DNA of 50,960 nt, counting the filler, from Catajapyx aquilonaris (lineage: Eukaryota): assembly GCA_000934665.2 (NCBI GenBank). It is 3 parts of 3 records of this genome, joined end to end, with 100 filler letters (N's around TTAATTAATTAA, not from the genome) between each part and the next. Parts side by side here need not be neighbours in the genome. Positions count along the whole stretch, not along the records: positions 33,800 to 50,960 come from KZ539641.1; 2 more parts are not named here. One strand, given 5' to 3'. Of this stretch, positions 38,803-50,960 are shown in pieces (position 1 is the first letter of the stretch; every line of letters begins with the position of its first letter). The notes below the pieces were generated by a model. It was not told the origin of the DNA. It worked only from the letters and a program-made list of their open reading frames with translations, and ran no database searches. The translations under genes and the position numbers were made by a program.

Positions 38803-39003
38803 AATGTTTTCATATCTATAAGAAGTAACCCAACTCATTCTGGCTTATAAAAAGATAGATCATATTTTTAATACACATTTTTGTCTACGAGAGACCATAT
38901 ACAAGGAATTGTACATATTCCAAAACTTGACTGTGTATGAATATTATGATCAAAAACTTATAGTCCTCGTGTAACCCCTTTTTTTGGTATGTGACCTGCT
39001 CAT

Positions 39004-42000
39004 CTAGTTCTTCTTAAGTACAGGTTTTCCCTTGGTCACTACATCTGGGAATTTCCAGCAGAAGATAGCCCCGTCTTCACTCCCAGTGAGTATGTACTTT
39101 GTAGCAGGGCTAATAGCAGTTGAAGTGACAGAGTTGCTATGCCCAAGAGCATCATGTGTCACATCTCCTTCATGATACCTCCAAATACGTACGATGCGGT
39201 CCTCCCCACCAGTGACAATGCAACGACCATCCGTGGTAACATCAATGAAATTCATAGCTGCCTTAGATCCCACCAATTCTCGCACCAAAGATCCATCCAT
39301 TATCTCCCAATAGCTCAGCTTTCGATCACTTCCACAGGTTACAACCTGGCACTCAGATGGATGGTAGCGAACGCCCATGAAGAGTGTATTTGCAAACATA
39401 ATCTGGGATCTCACAAAACGCCTGGATAAGAATAAAGGTGGCAGAATGAAATATGAGTTGAGTGGATTGGTCTGTAGACTAGGGTTATCCACAATCAGTG
39501 CAGTTTGCAAGAAGGAACAAGATTAGTAAAAATATGTGCCTGCATCTTATGTAAAGTAAAAATGTATTCTAATGCGGGTCACAAGACAGTAGGCAATTTC
39601 TACCCCCATATTATTGTATTTCATGCCGATATTTTTAAAATAGTGAAACAGGTTTTCGAAAGGGTAACAAAAAGCATTGATCAATTTTTTTTTGTTTTCT
39701 TAAATTTACCCCGTGATAGGGTGGAGCCCTTGTAGGGGGAAGGGGAGGTTCCCGAGGGAGGGCGCTGTATTAGTCATTTCTGACTTTCTGAAATACACCA
39801 GACCTTTTCTCCTGGCCCTGGGCAGAGTAGGGAGTGCAATTCTGCCCCGGCATGTCGGGTGAAAAGCGGAAAAAGATCCGGTCAAGCAGAGATGACGGGG
39901 ACGGGCTTTGAACCCCCGGCCTCCCGCTTGGCTGGCCAGTGGTGAAACCACCAGACCACCATGCCTCCCGAAAAAAAAAACATTGATCAACTGCACACAG
40001 TAACACTAACATACCCATCTCAATCAATAATATGATTGCAAAAACAATACTGCAGGACATGTCAAAAGGAATATTGCAATGCCACAAACAAAATATATAA
40101 TTACTGTAGCATACCTTTTTAACCCTGTAATGCCCACTGGGTCATATCTGGCACACCATTTAGTGCAATTTTTGCAATTTTTATATTTCCTGTAAGTGCC
40201 AAATTGCACTAAATGGTGTGCCAGATATGACCCAAGGGGCATTACAGGGTTAAATCTATAAAACTAATGTGCTGTACTCAATAAAGCTTCATTTTATTAT
40301 CTTTACAATATTTACTTTCCCCAAGATTTTACAAGAAAAGCAATAGCATGATATATGTTTGAAAGTGCAAATGAAATGTTGATTTAATATTGAGCATTTT
40401 CAGGGCAGATGTTTTCATTCCCCCCATAAACTGTGCATATATTAATAAGACACGAAATACTTCCAATATACCTAACAAACTGCACTGAAACAAAAATGGA
40501 CTGAATATCAGTACACCATACTCACTGGAGGTCCCAGATAATGCAGCTTCCGTCAGTGCTAGAAGTCACACATTCTGCGTCATTGGATCTAATATGAATG
40601 GAGGTGACAGATCCCTTGTGCTCACTGAGGCTGGCAAGCAAGGTCTGCGCCTTAGGGGTAATCTTCCACACACGCACAACTCCTTCCCTGCCTCCACTAA
40701 TCACTTTCTTCCCATCTGCAGTAACAGCAATGGCACTTACCTGCCCAGAGAAAATTCATTAACATCATTAGAATGCCGTCTGAGGGTGGGGAGCACCAAA
40801 CTCATTAAAACAAATCCAGCTGGATTGCACTTGCAATTATTCATTGCTGACCAATATTATTAAGAACAAGTGCAATCTGGGTGGATCTGTTTTCCTGATA
40901 GGGGGTGGGGGGGGGGGGGGNNNNNNNNNNNGGGGGGGGGGGGGGAGCGGCGCGACGCCCCCTGACCCACTGCCCCACTTCCGAAAAATAATAATTTTTC
41001 GCTAAACGAGAAGACTGAAGGAGACGTGTTTTTTCTTAAAACAGGCTAGAACACTTAACACATGTCCCAAATAGTATCATCTGTCACCTTTAGTAGAGGC
41101 ATAATGTAATATTTGGTGTCAAACAAGACATAATTATGATAACTATTATCTGTGAATGCATTAGGTTCCAAAATTTCAAATATTTTCTCACAGACAGTAA
41201 TAATATCAAGAGCTCTTGATAATGTCTAGCTAGAGTCCGGATTCTTAGGCAACTGCCTATTTAGTTCCTTAACAGTTGGGATGGTTTTGTGAAGAGATAT
41301 ATCCGTTTCATAAGTGATGCAGGATGTGGAAAATGTAGGTTTTATAGTGCCTAAATGGACTATAATTTCATGGTTTTGGGAACTATTTTGCCTATTCCGG
41401 CTTTTTGTGCCTTTTCATGCCCCTTTGGCCTTTTTTGGGATAGTTTTTGAACTTTTTGAAGCAATTTCGGGACTTTTTGGGCCTATTCCTTCAGAGGCAT
41501 GTTTGGTTTTTTGAGGAGTATTTTTTGTGCTCCTGAAAGGACCAAAATCGTTCAGAAGTCATACGAAACAGGTTTCCGTGACGCGTATGCCAAATATTTT
41601 TCTAAATTTTCCTCTGATTGGAAAAATATTTGGCAACATATTGTGCAAGTCTGGTGCAAGTGGAAATTGGCTATAAGCGGTGTAGAGTCCAGAGAAAGTG
41701 AAGGCCCATACACACAGGCGGTCGACGGTTTTGGTCTTTGGTCGCGTTGACGCCGCGGACCAATCAACAAGCGCAACACAAGTGTTGAGCTTGTTTACAT
41801 GAGTCATGATTGGTCTGCGGCGTCAACGCGACAAAAGACCAAAACCGTCGACCGCCTGTGTGTACGGGCCTTAATACTCTTGCTTGCACTTATTGCACTT
41901 TGTGTCCTTTGCCCCAGTTTTGTGAATTTCCGTCACTTTATTGTTGTTATTTGGTTTTTCCTCTGGTTTGCGAGATTGTATTTATACTTTAGGCCTATAA

Positions 42001-45000
42001 AATTATTCTGGCTTTTTATTTTCTGTAACATTCCTCCATATGCCCAAATATGTAAACTTTTTGTGCCTATATGAGGTTTTTTCGTGCCTATTTAAGTTCC
42101 GATTTGAGGGTTCTTTCGTGCCTAAAAATCCGGACTTTAATAATATCTACACAATATTCCCTGTCACAATTATTAATCACTAAAATAATACAAAAGAAGA
42201 GGGTAGTGTATTTGGACTCAGAGTGTTGCAATGATGTGTTTATGGTTAGATAGTTTTATTTTCAATTTTTTCCTAGCTCTCCTGGTTATGACAGAAGTAA
42301 GAATACTCTTGAAATGCATTCAAAATGACTATAATCTCAGGTAACGAAGTCTAGGAAAGAAAGCTTGCCAAATTCTTAAGAAAGATTTTTGTTTGCGAAA
42401 AAGGGCATCTGTGGGTACCTGAAGTTTTCAATGGGTGTATTTAGTCAGAATAAAATTTTTTAAGGAAACATCCATTAAGTCAATGATTTTCTGCATCTTC
42501 TGTGGAAATAGTCTAATTTGTTTGCAACTTATCTTGCAAATATTTCATATTTTTCCACTCGTAAACAAAAAAAAGCCCAAAATATGTACCTTTTAACCCG
42601 TAATTCATATTACTGTGTTCAGACGGACGGTTCTTTTTTGTATTTATTTGATAAGAATTAAAATAGTACGGTCTGTAAAATAAATTAAATGTTACATCGA
42701 ACCAAAATCAAAACAATTAAAAGTAAGATTAATACTTTGAACGACAATTTCAAGAAATATTGCATTGAAAGAAATATGCCCTTATAATCATCCTTTAGAT
42801 CAGGGCTATTCAACTGGCGGACCGCGGTCCGGATCCGGACCGCGACGCAATTTTGTCCGGACCGCGACGATATACAGGACAGTTTGAAATAGCATTAGAA
42901 ATTACTAATTCATGATTTTTTGGGAAAAAGTGCTTCAAATCTCTTTGAACCCCCACAAAAAATTTCGCATGCGGCGGGCTGGCTCCCTGCCCTTTACGGC
43001 TTGTTCCCCTTGTGCTTATGAAATCGGCGCCCCTTAAATAACTTGTCATAAACTAGTTGAATACCCCTGGTCTATACAGCAGAAATAAATATTCTATACT
43101 TTCACAATCAATGCCGCAGACGCGCCGAATCTTCCGAGGCTATAAGTAGGCAGTAAACTCCCGTGATCGTCATTGATCTTAAATTAATCTGGAAAAATTT
43201 TAACATTTTAAAAAATATATAAAATATCATATTAACCAAACTAATCACTGATTAGTGTGTCTGTGTCATAGACATACAAATCAGTGATCAGTTTGATAAT
43301 TAATCAAACTGATCACTGATTAGTTTGGTTAATATGATATTTTTTAAAAATTTAATTTCCTCTATTATGATCAATGACGATCACCCCTGTTTACTTCTTG
43401 CTTGTGGACTCGCAAGATTCTACGCGTCTACGGTAGTAAGTTATAGTTCTCTCTACTGTACAATGCGTTCCAACAGCATTGTGTAGTGTTAGACCGAGTA
43501 TGGAATTATACATTGAAAACTTCGATTTCCCTGGTGTGGGTTCTTTGTCCCCCGGGGCAAACTAAGATTCTGCCCCCCCCCCTCCCCCGGCAGAATATTA
43601 GTTTTCCCCGGGGGACAAAGAACCTAGTAGAGCCCCTGACTCCCCGTCCAGAATAGGAGAAATATGTAGCTTTTAGACCCTGGCAGGCAAAACGCAACAT
43701 ACTGTAATTGGTTATGGTGCAGTACATTATTGCCTACCGATGTTACTTTTCTTTATTTTACTGTTGTAGCAGATTTGTGACCATTTCGTTGCTTTGAATT
43801 TTCATGTGCACATGGGCTGTTAACTATCAAGGTTAGATTTCTGGTGGATAATGAAATATACGAGGGGGGGGGGGGGGGGNNNNGGGGGGGTAATGCAACT
43901 TGAAAACATAATTTTGTTTTGAGAGGTGAGTAGCGTACTTTGGTCATATACTGTTTATAGATAATATATTGTCCATTGTTCATTGCAATATGATTCTGTA
44001 CCCCCGATTATCCATGCCGATCCATGCTAATGAATGCCTGGAAAATCGGAAAACAAGGACGATCCAAAATGGTCCCAGTACTCCCAGACAACGTAAAAAT
44101 GAGCTATTCAAATCACATTTACCATAGATTTCTAGTTTGTCTTCTTGTTATAGTCTGTTATACAAGGTGTTTCGCTAAGAGGCCTAATAAAATAAACATT
44201 CCTAACTTACAAAGTATAAGTTGTAGCAAGAGTGGTTGTAGGTAATGACAGACGTGTGCGCCAGTGCAAAGAGCATTTATCTGATAGTTTTTGTTTTACA
44301 TGCCTACTACACTTCAACATGAGCTTCATTGGTGGCGCGGAAAATGACCAAGCAGAAGTCTTCCTCAACCCATGTGTTTAGATACTTGAGAAGCATTTTT
44401 TTGTGGTGTCACTTTTTCGATTGCAGTGCAAATTATGTCGCGCAAGTCTTCCAGATTACGCACCTGTGCATGCCTTTGTTTGCAAGACTTAGGCCTATTA
44501 CTGACATTCCTTCGGACTAGTCTATTATTTCTAACTTTTGTTTTTGGCGATGTATGGCAAACCCAGATAGCTAATAGAGGGTACAGTGTAGTTCTTATTT
44601 CACATTTTGATAATAATGGACTTCAAAGAGACGATATCCAGTTTCCTGGCAAGTACTGACTTATCTTCACGACCTTTTTATCATAATAGAGCGAGGGTTC
44701 TTAATGTAATTTTTCTGCAATTGAATTTGATTGGTGGCACCGCCATAGCGAAGGGCGCAGTCGAAGTGCCATAGCAGACTGTGTCCACACAAATACACTC
44801 TTTCATTAATTTGAATTATCTCAATTATAGAAATCAAATGACACCTCTACATGAAGTGCTCCTCAGATACTCTACAATGCAATCCCCTAGGTTTGCTGGT
44901 ATCGTTACAGACAAATTGGTGTGGGGCCTTTATGGTCTGGTCGATGTAACTCTGACACAGGACACACTGTGTTGTTATTTTTTTTAAATACTATCACAAT

Positions 45001-48000
45001 AATAATATAACTTATTTCAACTGGGGAGGTGTGGTGGCCGAGATGGTAATGTCTCGGCTTGCTAAGTGAAAGGTCCCAGGTTCGATCCCCACCTGGGAGT
45101 TCCCTTTCACCTGCGTCGGGAGGGTCTCTGACCTGCACCTTGGAGGTGTCTGGCAACCACCTAACCTCCTGGGGGACTGCACATGGCCCAAAGGTTTACG
45201 ATATTGCACCTGCACAAGTGTCCTCTCCCCAACAATCCCTATCATTTCCCAATGTCCCTGTTTCCTTGCACCGGAGAAAGAAGCTGGAAAACATATAGAA
45301 AACTGATGGTGGTGTGCCACCCCCCTATAGATCCCGTAAGCGGCGTAAGGGACATCACGGGGTAAACAAAAAAAATTTTAAAAAATGTAGAGTGTGTGAC
45401 CAATCCCATCGTCAGCCTGCTTTGACAGGGGAACCCCCTGCTCTAGCATACTGTTTAAGTAGAGATTATTGCCAAACACTGCAATTGAAAACAATATATG
45501 GTACGGGTACCCTATTTGGAAAATGTGCCTTTTCGATATAGCCGTTACGTGAATTTCGATTTTCAGGCAAATGTCAAGTTCAGAAAGGATAATGTAACTT
45601 ATGTGAAAACCTCGCCTTATACGGGCATACCGCGCCCTATACCGGCATGCCGGTATAGCCACCAGATAGTGCATTTCTAAAAACTGGTCGACTTCGGCTA
45701 CACCAGCATGCCGCAATATGAGAGGTAATACGGTATTTCAACTGGAGTTTCAACTACCATTAGGCTACTGTTACTGCAACATGCCATATACTTATCATAT
45801 ACAATGGCCTCACAGTTCCAAAACCCATCAGTATCTGACATGGCCATTTTAATCCAATGTGAATTGTGATAACATGGCAATAAAGTGGACCAAAAGATAG
45901 TATGTTTTGGAATTTGGGGCTGACAAGTTATGATCCTCTACCTACCCCTGTCTTGTGGGCATTGTGTACTATGAAAATTGGTTTTCCAGTCTCAGGTGTG
46001 AAGCAACGCAACTCGCCATCACTCCATCCTGTTATGATGGATTTCCCACTTTTAGAGAATGCCACTGAAGTACACTCAAGGTTTGGCACAGTGATACGCA
46101 GGATCTCTAGGTCTTTGCGGAGAGACCAAATGCGTACATCATCCTTGCTACAGGTAGCAAAGACCTCTGAGCATCCATAGGGAAAGGCAATTGCATTCAC
46201 AGGGCCTGTGTGGCATGTCAAAATCAGCTTTGTTGTAAGGCTGGGCAGCTCCACAACGTACACCTGAAACGTAAAACACAATAAATACGTAAATGTTACA
46301 ATCATAATATATTTCGCGCTTTCGTTGGAAGAGGGAAAGGTCCAGATGTCACAATTAGCCTTCAAAGCACCCCGCAGAGCGGTACCCCTGCCACAGATAT
46401 GTCCCACTTGGGTTCAATAAAAGTGGTCTCCTATTGCCTTTCGGTCTCTTGTATCTGCTACTGTTTAGCAACTTTTCTTCATTTCTTGGGACCATAAAAT
46501 TCAAAATTTTGGAAAATGTAAAGTATATGTATATTTTATGCAATTAATATACAATATACAGGCCAAAAATGTATATTATATACATATACAATATACCACA
46601 GGAAAAAAGTATATATGTACATAATTATACAATATACAAATGTATATGTATATTTGTATATTAATATACTTGTATATATAATATACTGCCCATCTCTGCC
46701 AGGGCTTTCTTTCCGAGGGTGACAGATCCATCAGTGTATAGGCTATGACTTGCTCCACTCCCTCCGGCTCCCCATCCCAAATCCGTCCGGATAACAGTGG
46801 ACGGTCTCTCTGCCATGGCGGGAGACAACCGGAACCTCCGCCTAAAAAGGAGGACCCGTAGTTCCCAGGCTGCTCTCACCAAGAATTCTGGTGACATCTG
46901 TCCCACCAGAGTACAAAGGGTGTCATTGGCCGAAGTGCGATATGTCCTGGTCGCCGCTATAAGGAATGGCCGGATGGCAGACCTAAGTTGGGTCCTGAAT
47001 CTCTTAAGCAACGCTCTCTTGCCCCATATCTCTGCCCCGAAGAGAACCATCGACACTCTGCTGTGTACTGTACCTTCCTACATGATAAGTTAGACTCGGT
47101 GAGTTAAAGTCAACTCCCCACTAGATCCTATCAGTGTGATGTACAGTACTTCATGGCCCATGGAGATAAACATATTATTATCATTCAGAATATACTTTGA
47201 TTTAGTTTTGTCAAACTCTTGGTTTTGTACAGTGTAATAGGAATAAGTTTTACTTCACGGGTCGCACAGAGTATACTCTGAAATAGTGTTATATTTGGGG
47301 AATATACACTTCATTTTACTTACTAATTATCAGTTGATATTTTATTTGTGGGATGCATAAGCAGCATTATTTTGTACAGCTAGTAATATCTGCACCAATT
47401 TCATAATTTAGCTCACATTCATATCAGTTGAAATGTCACATCAAATTGGTACCATAATCCTGATCCTGAGTTTACCCAGCAAATATGAGACAGTGAGAAT
47501 AACCTAATGTAGGAGAGTATATGACCTCACGTCATGCAACACCCCCTCTCTCCCTTACACTTCATCATTCTGGGAGTCAACAGGAATTGTAAGCATACAC
47601 AGCATTCCTTGTCGATACAGTTGTCAGCTAAAGCAGTATTTATGCTATGTATTCTCCAGCACTAACCTCTGACCTTTCAGTACCAACAAGTACTGATGCT
47701 AGTTGTCTTCGTTCTGCTGCCCAGCACTTGGATAAGGAAGTGACTCCGGCACCAACACACTTTCCCTTCAGCTCTGCCAAAGTGCCTTGTATAATGGGCA
47801 AGGTGAACTTGACTCCCTTGATTACTTTCTTCCTTGATGTAACACCCTCTATCCTTTTGACCAGACTGATCCCGCCATCCCCACATCCTACCAGGAACAA
47901 TCCTTCCTCAAGGAGCAAGATGGCCTTAACTCCTCTCGAATAGAAGTCTGGTTGGGTAGCCTTCTTATTCTTTGGGGTCCGAACCAGATTTTCTTCAAGG

Positions 48001-48159
48001 ATCATGTCAACATCATACTTTGGTGGCTTGTCACCAGCGCTGGTACCTGGAGGAATCATACCTGGCTGATATATCTCTTTCTTAATTCGAAACTCGAGAA
48101 TGTCCCCTGTGTCTGTGCCACAGTATGCCCATTTGTCATCTGCATCAACCTGGATACAC
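39004..48159 (-). CDS. CFAP52: Cilia- and flagella-associated protein 52 (WDR16), last four exons (47667-48159, 45946-46263, 40526-40740, 39004-39421); 5' exons not seen in window
   Basis: Motifs YCGTDTGDI, TCHTGPVNAIAFPYGCSEVFATCSKDDVRIW, LSEHKGSVTSIHIRSNDAECVTSSTDGSCIIWDL, QIMFANTLF...GSDRKLSYWEIMDGSLVREL and GSEDGAIFCWKFP are characteristic of CFAP52. Splice phases are consistent. Confidence 0.92.
39685..39970 (-). mobile_element. tRNA-derived SINE in the last CFAP52 intron
   Basis: Minus-strand TGGTCTGGTGG and GGTTCAAAGCCC boxes. Ends CTATCACGGGGTAAA plus an A tail. TSD CATTGATCAA at 39675-39684 and 39981-39990. Confidence 0.75.
40123..40249. mobile_element. 127-bp piggyBac-like palindromic MITE
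   Basis: TTAA|CCCTGTAATGCCC...GGGCATTACAGGG|TTAA with arms of about 50 bp. Confidence 0.85.
41231..42139. mobile_element. TIR element (possibly hAT-like) hosting a palindromic MITE
   Basis: TAGAGTCCGGATTCTTAGGCA...TGCCTAAAAATCCGGACTTTA with repeated TGCCT subterminal motifs. No clear TSD. Confidence 0.55.
41702..41871. mobile_element. 170-bp PIF/Harbinger-like palindromic MITE
   Basis: AGGCCC...GGGCCT termini, near-perfect arms of about 65 bp, TGA/TAA flanks. Confidence 0.7.
42801..43069 (+). mobile_element. hAT (Charlie/Buster-like) MITE, complete (269 bp)
   Basis: TIRs CAGGGCTATTCAACT / AGTTGAATACCCCTG. Flanks CTTTAGAT and GTCTATAC both resemble the NTCTAGAN target but are not an exact TSD. 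Confidence 0.7.
43110..43438. repeat. Old imperfect foldback element with internal palindromes
   Basis: Diverged outer arms (AGACGCG..GAATCTT / AAGATTC..CGCGTCT) and a near-perfect inner palindrome at about 43279-43321. Confidence 0.6.
45023..45374 (+). mobile_element. tRNA-derived SINE (same family as 24106-24460)
   Basis: Same head and body as 24106 onward. Ends CATCACGGGGTAAAC plus poly-A. Confidence 0.8.
46700..47085 (-). mobile_element. LINE ORF2 fragment (R1/I-group-like, post-RT region and start of RNase H)
   Basis: LFGAEIW...LRSAIRPFLIAATRTYRTSANDTLCTLVGQMSPE...SLYTDGS. Confidence 0.7.
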
Positions 48160-50282
48160 CTGGACAATAAAGAATTGTTTATTTTAGGATACTTAGGTGA
48201 TAATTATAGTACAGTTTGTGAAATAAGCCTTTTTGTTATCAAGTAAACAGCCAAAATCGTTGCATGTATACACAGGTAGTGGATGAAAAATTAGACCCTC
48301 TCCCTCCTAACATAGTCTACACACAACATGACTTACCTACATAATATAAAATCCATTATAAATACATACTCATACTGTACACAGACGCTTACAATCATTG
48401 TTTACTGTGTGCTTCATACAGTAATTTCACTCACATCCATTAAAGTGATTGAAATGTGGATTACTCTCCTCAGGCTCTCAAGATGGTAATCTTGTGCTCA
48501 CCAAATTAGTCAATACGAAGAAGACCTGACAAAGTGGCAGTTGCCCCATAAAAACTCTTCTTTCTTCTCTCTCCTCTTTCCTTTCTTTCTCCCTAAGGGA
48601 ACCACCTGAACTTGTGAGGTATGCATCAACATATCTGATATATGGATGTGAGCTAAATACTGACACACAAGCTATAGTCTATAACTTTATATGTACGGTA
48701 CATGAAATCATCATAAAATTTCCCTGTAAAAGTGATGGTGATGAACAAGGGAAACAGCACATACATTCAACATTAAACAAAACTCTCACACAGTTTAAAA
48801 AAATAACTAGGAAAACCCTCGCTCCCCTCGCATTTTCCTATGGCGCAGGCCTATAGAAAACCACTCGCTTCGCTCGCTCTTTTCGCGGCCTGCGGTATAG
48901 GCCATGTTCTTAATGATGCTCATCCAACAATTATCCGCATCATACTCCCCTCTCCCCTCCCTCCCTCCCTCCCTCCCGCCTGCCTCCCCCCTCATGACAG
49001 CTAAGTACATCATAATATATTATTATCATGTCCAGAGGGTTTTTGAATTTGGCGCGCGATGATGTGCATAGAGAAGGCGAACTTTGCGGTGCCAAACCCG
49101 ATTCAATATGCTCCTTCCATCTCTTGGATGGTGACTCAACTACCATAGCAACTACCATAGCAACTGGGGGGGGGGGGGTCATGCCCCCCGTGCACATGCC
49201 ACTGCACCGTGCAACGTTACTGCCCTACACTATTTCCTGGTGTTTGTGGCATGTAACTCATTTTAGTTGTGCGCAAAGCGAACCTGTTGCAGTAAATGAT
49301 CATGGAAGAATTAATTCCGAGTTGTTGACATATTATTACTGTAACAGAATGCCGACAAAACGAGCTGCGTCTGTGAAATCAATGCAACATGTGTCATCTC
49401 CATGCACTCAAAACTTGCGTCAAATAATGCAGAGAGAGGAAAGCACTCAACTTGCGCCCCATGACTCGTGAGTCAAAGTTTTGATTTCCAATGACTCAAA
49501 TGGTGTTCCCAGCAGTGTCACTTTCCCAAGTAAACATGTACAGTTCCGCTCATGAAGAATGGCTACAAATGGTCATGGCCTCTTCCAAATGGGGACCAGA
49601 AAAGGCATCATCAACGGCTGGCCCCCCCCTGTTCCCGCCAAGGTCACGTTGCTCCCACGTGATCGTTTATGTAAACATGTTCCCTCAGAACAGGGTGCCT
49701 GTAAATTCTGGACCCTTATTGGGAGTTTATCATAGTACAGTGTTGCGGTAATATTATGTAACCATAAGAACAATGTATAGTGACAGAGTAAACTTGTTAG
49801 GCCAATCGACTTTCTGAGAGCCGGACGATTCTAAAAAGTTTATTTCCGGGACACCCTGTAGATGAATTGTTCCTGGCATTTTACAATCCAAAGGACCACC
49901 ACGAAATTAAATGATTAATTTTGGCGCAAAGTTGTTATTCATTATTAATATCACTCCCACATCGAATTTTGAAAAAAGAAGAAGGAAAGAAACGGCCCAA
50001 AAACCGGCCAAAAACTTCTCAAGGGGTTAAGGGTGCGAAATTTGAAAATACAGTTCCCATCTGTGGTTCCTATGATGGCTGTGATTCAAGGTGGCGAACC
50101 TAATGTTTGTGCAACAATACAGGGCGACCCTACAGTCTGTACACACATATAGGTACACTGTACAGATTATTATCCAAGCTAATGACTGCACTGGTGTTGC
50201 CAGATAATATATTCACATGCACACGCACAATATCAATAAATCACATACCGTAGCCTACATAATTAATTTACAATTACACATA

Positions 50283-50946
50283 CAGGGTGGGGCAAAAGTC
50301 ATGGGCGAATAAAAACGACTCAGCATGGCGTAAGTAACGAACGATTATATTATCTTATTAAAAAAATTACACTACACAGAGAAAGATATGCCATTTATGG
50401 ATCAAGGTCCAAAAAAGTCACTTCTTGAAAACAACACCGGATAGATGTCCACCTTTGCGGGCAACACATTCCTCCAAGCGCCGGACGAAACCCTTCATAA
50501 CGCGCTCCATCATGTCCAGGGGAATGTTTCTCACGGCGCGGCGTGTCTTATCTGATCCTTAAGATCAGCCAATGATTGAGGACGTGTGACGAACACCAAA
50601 CTCTTCAAGTATACCCCCACAAGAAGAAGTCGGGGGTGGTCAAATCCGGCGACCGCGGCGGCCATGGAATGTCCCCAAATCGGGAAACACTTGACTTTTA
50701 ATTTGTTTGGTGTTCGCCACACGTCCTCAGTCATTGGCTGATCTTGAGGATCAGATAAGACACGCCGCGCCGTGAGAAACATTCCCTTGGACTATAGTTG
50801 GACATGTTAGAGCGCATCATGAAGGGTTTCGTCTAGAGCTCGGAGGAATGTGTTGCCCGCAAAAATCTATCCGGTGTTGTTTTCAATAAGTGACTTATTT
50901 GGACCTTGATCCATAAATGGCATATCTTTCTCTGTGTAGTGTAATT
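50283..50946 (-). mobile_element. Tc1/mariner transposase pseudogene 3' end with TIR and an inverted duplication
   Basis: The minus strand reads SRFGDIPWPPRSPDLTTPDFFLWG(frameshift)YLKSLVF...RRLEECVARKGGHL. TA|CAGGGTG terminus at 50283. 50365-50601 is repeated inverted at 50705-50946. Confidence 0.85.
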
Positions 50947-50960
50947 ATATATATATATAT

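Noticed and set aside
40902..40945. Poly-G/poly-C runs with Ns (also about 2077-2105 and 43864-43890) as G-quadruplex elements
   Set aside because: They are homopolymers of uncertain length in repeat-like sequence, and base quality is too poor to interpret.

Overview
Eukaryotic genomic DNA from an arthropod, probably a hexapod (judged from the tubulin tail EGEGAEEY and the ATP synthase e N-terminus). The window is three contigs joined by two artificial 100-nt spacers (44 N + TTAATTAATTAA + 44 N). Complete spliced genes: alpha-tubulin (minus, 450 aa), ATP synthase subunit e (minus, 88 aa) and, head-to-head with it, a divergent 8-exon F-box/WD40-like gene (plus, 504 aa). Partial genes: first coding exon of a GPAT3/4-type acyltransferase, first exon of UHRF1, a WD40-like terminal exon and the last four exons of CFAP52/WDR16. 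Most of 17-51 kb is transposon-derived and often nested: tRNA-derived SINEs (including a V-domain family), LINE remnants, Helitron fragments, and piggyBac-, Tc1/mariner-, pogo/Tigger-, hAT-, Harbinger- and Academ-like elements. The most notable pattern is a 3' terminal fold (CCCC...inner hairpin...GGGGTA plus simple-repeat tail) shared by a LINE 3' end, four otherwise unrelated SINE families and a 45-bp minimal insert, several with 14-bp target site duplications (TSDs). All calls come from reading the sequence by eye; no database searches were run.
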